Assembly (NCBI RefSeq): GCF_902459465.1
Contig: NC_047063.1
Location: forward strand, 7,254,001 to 7,318,000
DNA length: 64,000 nucleotides
Direction: 5' to 3'
Source of the DNA: Asterias rubens
Lineage: Eukaryota
Both the position numbers and the translations under genes were made by a program. Shown here piece by piece: positions 22,873 to 32,483 of this stretch; the stretch's first letter is position 1; each line of letters starts with the position of its first letter. A model generated the notes under the pieces. That model was not told the origin of the DNA and searched no databases. It saw only the letters and a list, made by a program, of their open reading frames with translations.

Positions 22873-22911
22873 GCCTCTGAAGAAGGTCCGGATTGGATCG
22901 AAAGCTAAGGC
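22873..22911 (+). ncRNA. Minimal type I hammerhead ribozyme motif (Penelope-type)
   Basis: gcct-CTGAAGA-a-GGTCC ggatt GGATC-GAAA-GC-TA-aggc. Stem II is fully paired (one G-U). Same family as 978-1016. Confidence 0.75.
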
Positions 22912-24220
22912 CATCTACCCTATTCATTATATATATACATTAACATATGATTCCAATTGGTGCTTTGCGCAGTTTGGCCCTCATTCGACAAAATAATGAA
23001 ATCCATGTAATGTACCGTAAGTGATTTGCCCTTCTGCACCATCGTGGTTATTGTGAACATAGTATATAAGTTCTTAGATGTTAGATGTAAATATGTTAAA
23101 GAAATACCACGGTAGGGTAAAAAGAAAACTCAGTTTCAAAAGAGTATGTTATTTTAAACTAGACTTATTGTTCTCATTAGGCTTTTAAATTTAAAGTTTA
23201 GCAATTCAGTTTTACTTTACTAAAATGTCCTTGATGAAGGTTCCAAAGATCAAGCATTAATGTCCTTCATTTAGGTCCCTATTTATTTGAGATTTCTTTC
23301 CGTAATATCACGGCATCATGGCGTAATGGGTTTTCGATCACATCGCAGGGGAAATGTTCCACGAAACTAATTAAGTTAACAACCTTCTAACCCACATTTA
23401 ACAAGACACTTTCAGTCCATTAAAAAAAAGCAATTAAAATCCTGGACTCGTGTCAACCCTTCATTCCGAAAGATTGTTCTCGCCAGTGGTTCACTCCCGA
23501 GTCAGAGTTGACTCGGATCAGGATACGTCCCTCAGTGGACCTGACCAAGTTTAACAGAGAGTTCAAGATAGTGGGTTTTGAGGCATTGCACGGTGATGTA
23601 TCAATCTATACTACCCACAAAGGTAGTAGACACATGGTGTTACCGTAAACCAAACAATCGTATATTGATCTGGAATATTTGTGCCCAAATTACAAAGAAA
23701 TTTGTCAAACTGACGCATAATCCAGGTCAAAACCACATTTGTTACCAACTTCCTATGGTCAGTCTGACCCACAAATAAGTGAGGACCCTCTATGATCCGC
23801 TATTCGGGTCAATTGTGACCCGGAAGTTTTTACTGCAATTGTGACCTTGAAGTATATTGCAAGCCGGCACCATCGAGTTTTTTTACGAACAAGAAGGACA
23901 AACTGTCCCCATTTGAAAAGCACTACGATAGTGGCATTTTCGTATAGCGAAAGAAACAAGTTGCAACGGTCGACACAGTATATGACGTGCAAAATGATAC
24001 AATGCTCTCTTTTATGATTAAATGATGGGAAATTACTCAAGACCCACACTTACTTGAGACACACCACTAACCCTTTTTGCCACCCTTCTACCTGTAAAAA
24101 CAGCCATTAGGATTTACGATCGAAAATTGGTATCGATTGAAATAACATACTGGCCCGACTGCAAACATTATTTGGGATGAAATAGTTCCTGCAAATTTAT
24201 TTAGCCATAAAAGCTTTTAA

Positions 24221-24552
24221 AGGCACCGGGCATGTTTGTTGCCAAAAGACCAGTATTCTCACTACTTGGTGAATCCCAACATTATGGCATCAAATAACAA
24301 ATCTGTAAAAATGTTGGCTCAATTCGTCAGCGAGGTTGCAAGAGAATAATGAAAGAAAGAAAAACCCTTGCACAAATTAATGTGTGTGCTTTCAGATGCC
24401 TACAAAGTCTTTCAATAATTGAGTGAGAAATTACCCCTGTCTCAAAAACTACGTTACTTCAGGGGGAGCCGTTTCTCTCCATTGCTCGTTACCAAGTAAG
24501 TTGTTATGCTAGTCGATATTTTGAGTTCTTATATCAATAGCGTCCAGTGCCT
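24221..24552. mobile_element. Kolobok-like MITE K1
   Basis: TTAA|AGGCACCGGGCA ... GCGTCCAGTGCCT|TTAA. Confidence 0.85.
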
Positions 24553-25896
24553 TTAAACAAAATCCGAATTTTCTGTTCAAATGACCACACACGGTGGCTG
24601 AAAACGAGGCAGTAAAAAAGATGGGTCATTTCAGACTGATGAAGCTTTCATTCATTTTCAACCATGCGTTTATCAATATTTTTCCCCTTATGCACAAACA
24701 CTCAAGTTCAGACCTTCGTTTGTCTCATTTCATTTTCTAAGAAACGACCACTCCAGTTTCTATATTATAGAATCGAGGGGGTTAGCAAATATACTTTGGT
24801 CTCATATGGGAAGATGTTCAAGTTGGTTGATAATTAACTTATTTATTGGTTTTCAGGAGGTTTGCAAAAAACATCACAGTTTTTTCGTCTTCAACGAATT
24901 GCATTCCGATAAAAATAAAACTGAAGTTGAACATGTTTGAAAATGTCAACATTTTATATTTTTAGTAATATTGTTATTTTGCTTTAAAGGGATGTCGCTT
25001 TTTCTGGTAGTTTTTCGCACAACGTATTAAGCCTACCACGAAAGCGTGCTTAGATCCAGAAAGAGCACCGGAGGCCTGTTGATATTATAAAACATTGTGA
25101 GAAACGGCTACTTTGAAGTAATAGTTTAGAGAGAAAGAGGTAATTTTTACCCCAAATTTGGATGTGAGAAAGACTCCGGGCATGAAACCTTTCTCAGCCA
25201 TCTGAAAGCACACAACTCTCATGCAACACGGGTGTTTTTCTGTCATTATTTTTCTTGCAACTTCGATGACCAATTGAAGCCCACTTTTTTACAGGTTTGC
25301 AATATTTATAAATTATGTTGGGATGCATCAAGTGAGGGTACTCGTCTTTGACAAGTATTCTTGAAGCATGCCCTAAATGTAAAATACTCAAAGCGCAGCC
25401 GCGAATCGTTCCGAACATCCTATATTAATCAATACAGGACTCCTATATGCTACATTTTGGAGTAACGGAACAGTATGGCATAATGGCATAATGAAGTAAG
25501 ACACGTGACGCGTGTCGACCAATCCAATGGCAAAAGGATCCACAAGTGCCGGTTCAAAATAATATTAATGACTTGTTATCTTACATAAAGTGTGGCTGAT
25601 TGTCATACACATTCTATAATAGTAGAACAAAAAGAGAGTTTGATTTATCATACAGATTACTTAATAATTTACAATTTTAAAATGAGTGATAGAATTTTAT
25701 CTCATAAATGTGTGCATGATCAGAACAACGTTAACAGTATAGGCCGTTTCCAAAATACCCATTACGCAAGCGCTAACTGTTGTTGTGTCTTGATCGTTAG
25801 CTAGACCAGCATGCACCTCATTCCAAGCCTAAGTCTGCTGCCACCTAGCGTTTATTGACTGTGACATACAGGTTGATATGCACTGCCTATATATAT

Positions 25897-26470
25897 AGGG
25901 AAGACACACGTTTGGTTTACTCATAAACAGATATTAACTTAAAACCTTACTTGGTAACGAGCATTTGAGAGCTTTTGATAGTATAAAATATTGTGAGAAA
26001 CGGCTCACTCTGAAGCAGCGTAGATTTTTAGAAAAAGGTAATTTCCACTGAAATAATTATGAGAAGACTGGTCTTTAAAGATTCTATGTCAGATTTTTGG
26101 CCCAAACCATTAAAAAATAGGTTGTTTTGAGTGAATGGTATTTCAAAGAGTATCACCCGCCCTAACGAAAAAAGGGTTTAACTTTTACTTTTAATGGTCA
26201 GGAACCATGACAAAAATTTAGAACGTTTCTTATTAAACACATAAGAATTGGTCACGTGATATATTGTCAGGATCCCGATCCCTAATTTTGAGCACTTTAT
26301 TTCACTGCTACTTTAATTTGCGGACTTTTTCGAGCAATGGCTCAAATGAAAGCTTGTAACTTTCTCGACCCCCATCAAAATACCTATTGAATTTTAAATC
26401 AAAATCTTTGGGTCAAATCGGCCAAAAATCTGACATGGCATCTTTAACATACCAAACGTGTGCAGTGCCT
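25897..26470. mobile_element. Kolobok-like MITE K1 carrying a nested TTAA element
   Basis: K1 left end (agggaagacacacgtttgg) and right end (gtgtgcagtgcct|ttaa) surround the 26079-26443 insert. Confidence 0.75.
26079..26443. mobile_element. Second Kolobok-like family (AGAT..ATCT termini)
   Basis: TTAA|AGATTCTATGTCAGATTTTTGGCC ... GGCCAAAAATCTGACATGGCATCT|TTAA. Confidence 0.8.
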
Positions 26471-27341
26471 TTAATAATTCCATGCGTTTGATGTGAATGT
26501 TTACATCCCCTACTATTCAGTCCTTTACAATGTCAAATACTTAACCTATTATACCTTCCTCCAATTATTTATATGTCCTTCTTTCATCAAGGAAATCTCG
26601 TTTCTAAGAACATTGTTTATATGCGGTTGGACATCTGAAGTGCTTTTAGTTTTGTCCATCTTTGACTTAATCCCAAGTAACTTAACTCCCGTAATATCAA
26701 AGGAGATGATAATTCAACCTAAGGTTAACAATGTATGGTGAAAAGAAAAGGATTATTTTTTTTTATTAAGAAAGCTTCTGACTCATGGATAAGGCTATTA
26801 CAAAGGCTTCAAAGCCAGACAGAGAGATTGCCCGGAAATGCACATCTCTTTGCTTGAGCAAGAGTGACCAAGTGCTTTTTATTTTTCCTGCGGCCTCCCA
26901 GACCAGCAAAGACAGCGGTTTCTTCCTTTTCTATGATAACACTCATAATAGAATAATATAAAAATAGATAATCCATAGGATAGAGACGATGTAACCTATG
27001 AAATCATATTGTTTACAAGCAAAGAGCCACAGAGCTTGGGCTTCCAAGCAAGCAAAACAAAATACAATGGTTGGAAACTTACACTTTTATAGAAAATGCA
27101 TTGACTGATTGCGAGCAATTCTCAAAACTTGTTCAGATATGGCTTCTTATAAAGCACTCATATACACATCACTCGGTGACGCTCAGATACTTCAAAGTTC
27201 AAAATTTTCCTGCAAGGCATTGGGAAGCTACTTGTTTTGTATTGATGAAGTACACTGTATATGAAACTAATTAACTAATATCACCAAGTCCACAATGTAA
27301 TGGTTTACAATAGGTGCTGCGGCGCAAATTATATGGAGGTA

Positions 27342-27507
27342 ATCAAACCAGGAACAACGGGATGAACCATTCCCTCTACGATAAGAGTACCGTGTTCTTT
27401 GTTAAACAACACGGGACCAACGGTTCCACATAGTGACCGATCGGGACTCGAACCCACACCAACACCATCAGAGCTTGAGCTGGGTTGTTATCGGCCCGGC
27501 CACGACA
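27342..27507 (-). mobile_element. tRNA-derived SINE (family S1), degenerate
   Basis: Minus-strand head gtcgtggccgg...gtgggttcgagtccc (A/B boxes), shared with the copies at 50245-50950 and 58948-59152. Confidence 0.65.
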
Positions 27508-27659
27508 TGTCAGAAATGTTATTGAAATTTGTGTAAATGTTTCCCATAGGAAATAAGGTCATTGTTGTGGTGCTAAAGAAGGACTATAGGATGTCATAAC
27601 AGAGTATCCGCAAGAACATTATCATTGCACACAAAACTTGAACCAACAGTGCTTACAAT

Positions 27660-27831
27660 GGGTGCGTTCATTTAGCTTCCCTGGGTCGACCTTACAGTGC
27701 TCACTCGGGTGTGCCCCTGACGCACTCCACAAGCAGGGTACTGGGGGCTGACCCGGGTGAGCCCCGTCAAAGCTATTCGAACGTTCCGGGGCAGACCGGG
27801 GTCGACCCAGGGAAGCTAAACGAACGCACCC
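27660..27831. mobile_element. MITE with GGGTGCGTTC termini
   Basis: TIRs GGGTGCGTTCATTTAGCTTCCCTGGGTCGACC / GGTCGACCCAGGGAAGCTAAACGAACGCACCC. A longer relative lies at 43053-43403. Confidence 0.8.
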
Positions 27832-28093
27832 TCTACAGAAACTGGGGTGTTTAAACTAACATTATCCGTTGTCACATTGCTGGTACAGAGAGCGAGTTAT
27901 AGCACCTTTTAGTATTGTTTACGTAGTTCTGATGGACATGCGCACATTACCGAAAACAATAGATTTGACCTGGCGAGTCTTCTACCTACAAGCGTCCCAA
28001 AAATCCCCTATTAATTTTGCAAAAACTCGACGTGTTATTTTCACAAACTTGGGTTCTAACTGGCACCAAAACATGATATTGAATAGGGAGACG

Positions 28094-28200
28094 ACCAACC
28101 AGGGCTCATTGGTAGAGTGCGGGCACAACAATCGGGAGGTTGTTGGTTCAAATCCTACTCTAGGTGTCTTTGTTCATCCCCAATTCGTTTAAATTGCCCA
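28094..28200 (+). mobile_element. tRNA-derived SINE (family S2)
   Basis: gctcattggtagag...ggttcaaatcc A/B boxes. Relatives at about 44110-44270 (-) and 51755-51830 (+); another tRNA-like head at 10257-10322 (-). Confidence 0.6.
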
Positions 28201-28667
28201 AAATCTTTTAAAACTGTCACATGTTAACTTAGAGTAATTATGTGTTATGGTAATCACAATTTAACACGGCCGGTCGAATGTCTGACTTGCACCAGCTGGC
28301 ATTCTCAAGTGATTATCTTTTACATATCTTTCCCCAGCACAGCAAGGCCATTTCTCCAAGAATCCTGTTTAAAAATGTCACCGATTCACATGAAAATAAA
28401 CAGCCGTCTTCCACTTGTCAATTTGCTTTGATTTCACCAAGAACACACGAAAACAGTTCGCCCGTGCCTGAATCCACATCAGCAACATTACTTAGCCACA
28501 AGACCCACTTTCTGGGTTATTTTTTCCTTGAGAAACAAACGTGCCTTCAGGACCAAACCAGTCATTAAAATTTACAGTGATTTTAACTGATAACCTTGTG
28601 TGGTTGTAGCTAGGTCTGACATTCTATGGGAAAACAGCGTTACTCGAAAAATTACACTACCCTTTAA

Positions 28668-29028
28668 AGTAAATGTACGCGTTTGGTAGTTACTCAAAAC
28701 AATGAACTTAATTACTTGGTAACGAGCATTGGAGAGCTTTTGATAGTATAAAACATTGTGGGAAACAACTCCCTCTGAAGTAACGTAGTTTTTGAGAAAG
28801 AGGTAATTTCTCAATAAAATAATACAAGACTTCTAGCTAGAAATCTTTTATTCCTATCTGAAAGCACACAAATTCGTCCAACAAGAGTTTTTTTTCTTTC
28901 ATCATTTTCTCGCAACTTCGATGACCGATTGAGCCCAAATTTTCACAGGCTTGTTATTGTATGCTTATGATGGGATACACCAAGTGAGAAGACTGGTCTT
29001 TGACAATTCCCAAACATGTACCTTCCCT
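28668..29028. mobile_element. Kolobok-like MITE K1 variant (AGGGAAGGTACA-type end)
   Basis: TTAA flanks, K1 body, right end TGTACCTTCCCT|TTAA. Confidence 0.8.
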
Positions 29029-29458
29029 TTAAGTACATAGATCATAATTTGACAAAGAGATGTGACATGTTATTCACATCCATACATAACATGCGTTTAA
29101 ATTTTGAAACTGAAAAACGTTCTCAATTACCAATAAATAAATACTTAGAGTAAGGCTGTTTTGTACGGAAGCGTATTGCCGCCACATGAATAATTAAAAT
29201 CTCTCTTATTGTGTACGTACACAATACATGTATATCAAAACCAAAGTCCAAAACTTATAGTGTACGTACACACTATCTTATTATGTACGTATATGATAGG
29301 TTTATACGTACGCGAAAAGTTATTGCGTAAATGTACGAGATAAATTTGGATTTATTGTGTACGACGTACACAACAAGGACTCATTGTGTACGTACACAAA
29401 GGACTCATGTATTCAATACATTCAGCGGCAACACGCTTCAGCTTTGCAATGGAAAGGC

Positions 29459-30181
29459 CCTGGTGGCCGGTGTGGCGGTCTCGGAGCTCCGGGGGTCTCA
29501 GAGCTTCAGATTACCAAATAAGGTAGTATGAGGTCATGCCGTGCCTGCGCACACCAAGCGAAAGCATTTTAGCGCCGTGCCGAGTACACTGTCGTAGTAG
29601 ACTTAGGGACTAGTCGTTTATTGTCCCACGCGGTGAGATAGTCGAGTTGCAGCGGTGCTCTCCGCGCGCGAACTGCTGGTTGCGCAACTACTGCGCTGCC
29701 CGACTCCAGGCAGCTCGTGGTAGTCGCGCAACCAGCAGTTCGCTGCAACTCGACTATCTCACCGCGTGGGACAATAAACGACTTGTCCACAAGTCTACTC
29801 TCGTAGCTGTCATGGCGGCGCCCAATGTGTGGTTAACGAGTGAAGCGTATGCGACAGTATTGTGAAAAAGTAATCACGTTTATAATAAGTATTTTAGGAG
29901 TGGGAATTACAAAGAAGGTTCTTCTGAAAGCCAGAAAAGGGTTTTGGGCTGCCCCTCGGAAAAGCACTCGTACGATAAAAACAACAGGTCTCGAAGATTT
30001 ATTCGTGGCGATAGGGGGGCGGGGACTCACGCCCGCAACGACAGCATGCTACGTCATCCCGGAGAACTTGGCACGCCAGAGATCTGAGACCGTGATTACT
30101 GCGTGCCGAAATCTCCGGTGACGTCACCCGGAGCTCTGAGACCGCCGGAGCGCTGAGGCCGCCACACCGGCCAACAACAGG
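29459..30181. mobile_element. GC-rich TIR element containing a nested long palindrome (29571-29820)
   Basis: TGGCCGGTGTGGCGGTCTC near 29464 and GAGGCCGCCACACCGGCCA near 30155-30173. No clear TSD. Confidence 0.65.
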
Positions 30182-30431
30182 TAATACATGCTCCTCAAAA
30201 TGTTTAAAGGTCAATCCCCGCATAACGTGGTGAATTATAGTCTTCGATAAGTGGTACAATTCATGTTGGAAAGGCAGAATACATTTTGAATAATCTATTA
30301 GCAAATAATCATGACGAAAAAGGTATTGATATAATTAGCTACAGACAGGCAACATAACAGTTAATGCAGACACCACATCACACTTGGACTACATTCATTC
30401 TTGAAAAGTCGTCCAACGTATGAACTCGCAC

Positions 30432-31478
30432 AAAAAAACAGTGATGTGAACCATATTATTTAGGGAGTATATATGTCTTCTTGAAGATGTGTTGGAGACC
30501 CAGCAGTAGCGATGAGACGACGCCTCTAACAATAGTTTAACCAGAACATTGAAGCCAAAGCGAAACTGGCGATATTATTTTGAACTCAAACTTAAAGCAG
30601 TGATGGTGGACCATATTTAGGTAGCTTGTATGTCTTCTTGAAGCTGTGTTGGAGACCCACGTAAACGATAAATATGAGATGTCAAGAATTGGGCAACGTC
30701 TTATACAAAGAAAGCACAGTTCCTTTAAACCAGAGCGAAACAGGCGGTATTAGAACTCACACAAAGGCACTGGACACTATTGGTAATTACTCAAAATTAT
30801 TATTGCAATAAAACCTTACTTGGTAATGAGTAATGGGGAGAGATGATAAAAACATTGTGAGAAACGGCTCCCTCCTAATGAAAGTTTTCGAGAAAGAACT
30901 AAACACATTAATTTAGATTTCGAAACCTCAGATTTAGAATATGTGAGGTATCGAAATCAAGCATCTGAAAGTACACAACTTCGTGTGACAAGGGTGTTTT
31001 TTCTTTCATTATTATATCGCAACTTCGACGACCGAATGAGCTCAAATTTGCACAGGTTGGTTATTTTATGTTGAGATACACCAAGTGAGAAGACTAGTCT
31101 TTGGCAAATTACCAATACTGTCCAGTGTCTTTAAAGCAGTGATGGTGAGCCATACTATTTAGGTAGTTTGTATGTCTTCGCTTGCAGCTGTGTTGGATAC
31201 CCACAGTATCGTTATTGAGCTGTCAAGGTTGGGGCGACTTCTTCTACAAAGACAAAACAGTTCCTTTAAACAAGAGCGAAACTGGCGGCACTTCAACTCA
31301 CACTTAAAGCAGTGGATGGTGAACTATTAGGTAGTTTACGTCTTCTTGCAGCTGTGTTGAATACCCACGTACATATAGTGATAGATGAGCTACCAAGAAT
31401 TGGGCATGGCAACGTCTTCTACAAAGAAAGCACAGTTTCTTTAAATCAGAGCGAAACTGGCGGTATTTGAACTCACAC
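30432..31478 (-). repeat. Four tandem ~170-bp copies of the GPCR-4 3' end (helix 8, C-tail, stop and start of 3' UTR)
   Basis: Units at about 30432-30591, 30592-30762, 31131-31303 and 31304-31478 align to 31479-31647 (gtatttgaac...gcgaaact...ttcctttaaa...gctgtgttgg...taggtag...gtgatggtg). Confidence 0.85.
30765..31130. mobile_element. Kolobok-like MITE K1 inserted at the TTAA between two C-tail repeat units
   Basis: AGGCACTGGACAC ... TGTCCAGTGTCT|TTAA; the left TTAA is decayed to ACAA. Confidence 0.85.
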
Positions 31479-31508
31479 TTAAATATTAGTGATGGTGAAC
31501 CTTATTAT

Positions 31509-32483
31509 TTAGGTAGTTTGTATGTCTTCTTGAAGCTGTGTTGGGTACCCACCAGTAGCGATATATGAGCTGTCAAGGTTGGGACGACTTTTTCTACAAA
31601 GACAGAACAGTTCCTTTAAACCGGAGCGAAACTGACGGTATTTGAACGCGTAGATCACTGGATTGGCGCAGCAGTTGGTTGCTACCATTGCAACAGACAG
31701 CAAGTAATACCACTCGTTGAACTCCAAATCCAGCCAGCCAACATTAAACATGAAGAAGATCAGTTCGTTTGGCGTCCAGCAGATCAAGAATGTGACGAAG
31801 ACGATCAGAAGCATCTTAAAGGTGCTACGTCTTGCACGGAGGAGTGACTCGGCCATGTCCGGTGCGTTTGCTCCACCGGGGAGATGCTGGGCTGCTCCCC
31901 GCTTCATCTCCACACTGATGCGAATGTAAGCGAAGAGCATCACAACAACTGGGATGACATACTCGAAGAAGGCAGTAAGGATCCCTACAGCCCTTGATCC
32001 TGGAACGGAAAGGCATTCGCCATCTTGTAAGATGAAGATAAGCATTAGATAGGACTTCATAGCGGCAGCGATGACCCAACAAATCGCCATGATGACCCCA
32101 ACTTTCAGGCAAGGATACTTCATGAATACCGCCAGATACTTGAAAGGGTACACGATTGCAAAGTACCGCTCCATGGTCAACACCAACAGGTTAAAAGTTG
32201 AAATGACGAAGAAGTAAAACAAGACGAGGTTAGAGAACCAGACATGGCATAGAAACCAGCCTAGGGCGTCATCGGGAAGCGGACTGGGCAAAGGAACTTC
32301 GCTCTTCAAGAGAACCATTGTAGAGCCCAATAAATCAATCACTGCTTGGTGAAAGATGAAGGCGTTCGTACGAGTTTTCATTGATCGTACTTTGAAGATG
32401 ACAAGACAAACAAGGCTATTCCCCAAAATGCCTAGAATCCCTACAAAAGTCTTGTATATACGCAGAGCTAATATATCCTCCAT
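31509..32483 (-). CDS. Intronless class A GPCR (GPCR-4), more divergent paralog with shortened ICL3
   Basis: 324 aa, 7TM, MERY, CWTP, NPVIY. Lacks RVGPAPA in ICL3. Confidence 0.93.
   Translation of the reverse strand: MEDILALRIYKTFVGILGILGNSLVCLVIFKVRSMKTRTNAFIFHQAVIDLLGSTMVLLKSEVPLPSPLPDDALGWFLCHVWFSNLVLFYFFVISTFNLLVLTMERYFAIVYPFKYLAVFMKYPCLKVGVIMAICWVIAAAMKSYLMLIFILQDGECLSVPGSRAVGILTAFFEYVIPVVVMLFAYIRISVEMKRGAAQHLPGGANAPDMAESLLRARRSTFKMLLIVFVTFLICWTPNELIFFMFNVGWLDLEFNEWYYLLSVAMVATNCCANPVIYAFKYRQFRSGLKELFCLCRKSRPNLDSSYIATGGYPTQLQEDIQTT

Noticed and set aside
28094-28170. tRNA genes (also 10257, 44110, 51755 and the S1 heads)
   Set aside because: A/B boxes are present but the cloverleaf arms are broken and the sequences continue into SINE bodies.
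30432-31478. C-tail repeats as alternatively spliced terminal exons of GPCR-4
   Set aside because: An AG precedes each unit on the minus strand (gtgtgAG|ttc), but there is no polypyrimidine tract and no credible donor at the matching point in the gene. Recombination is the more plausible route.
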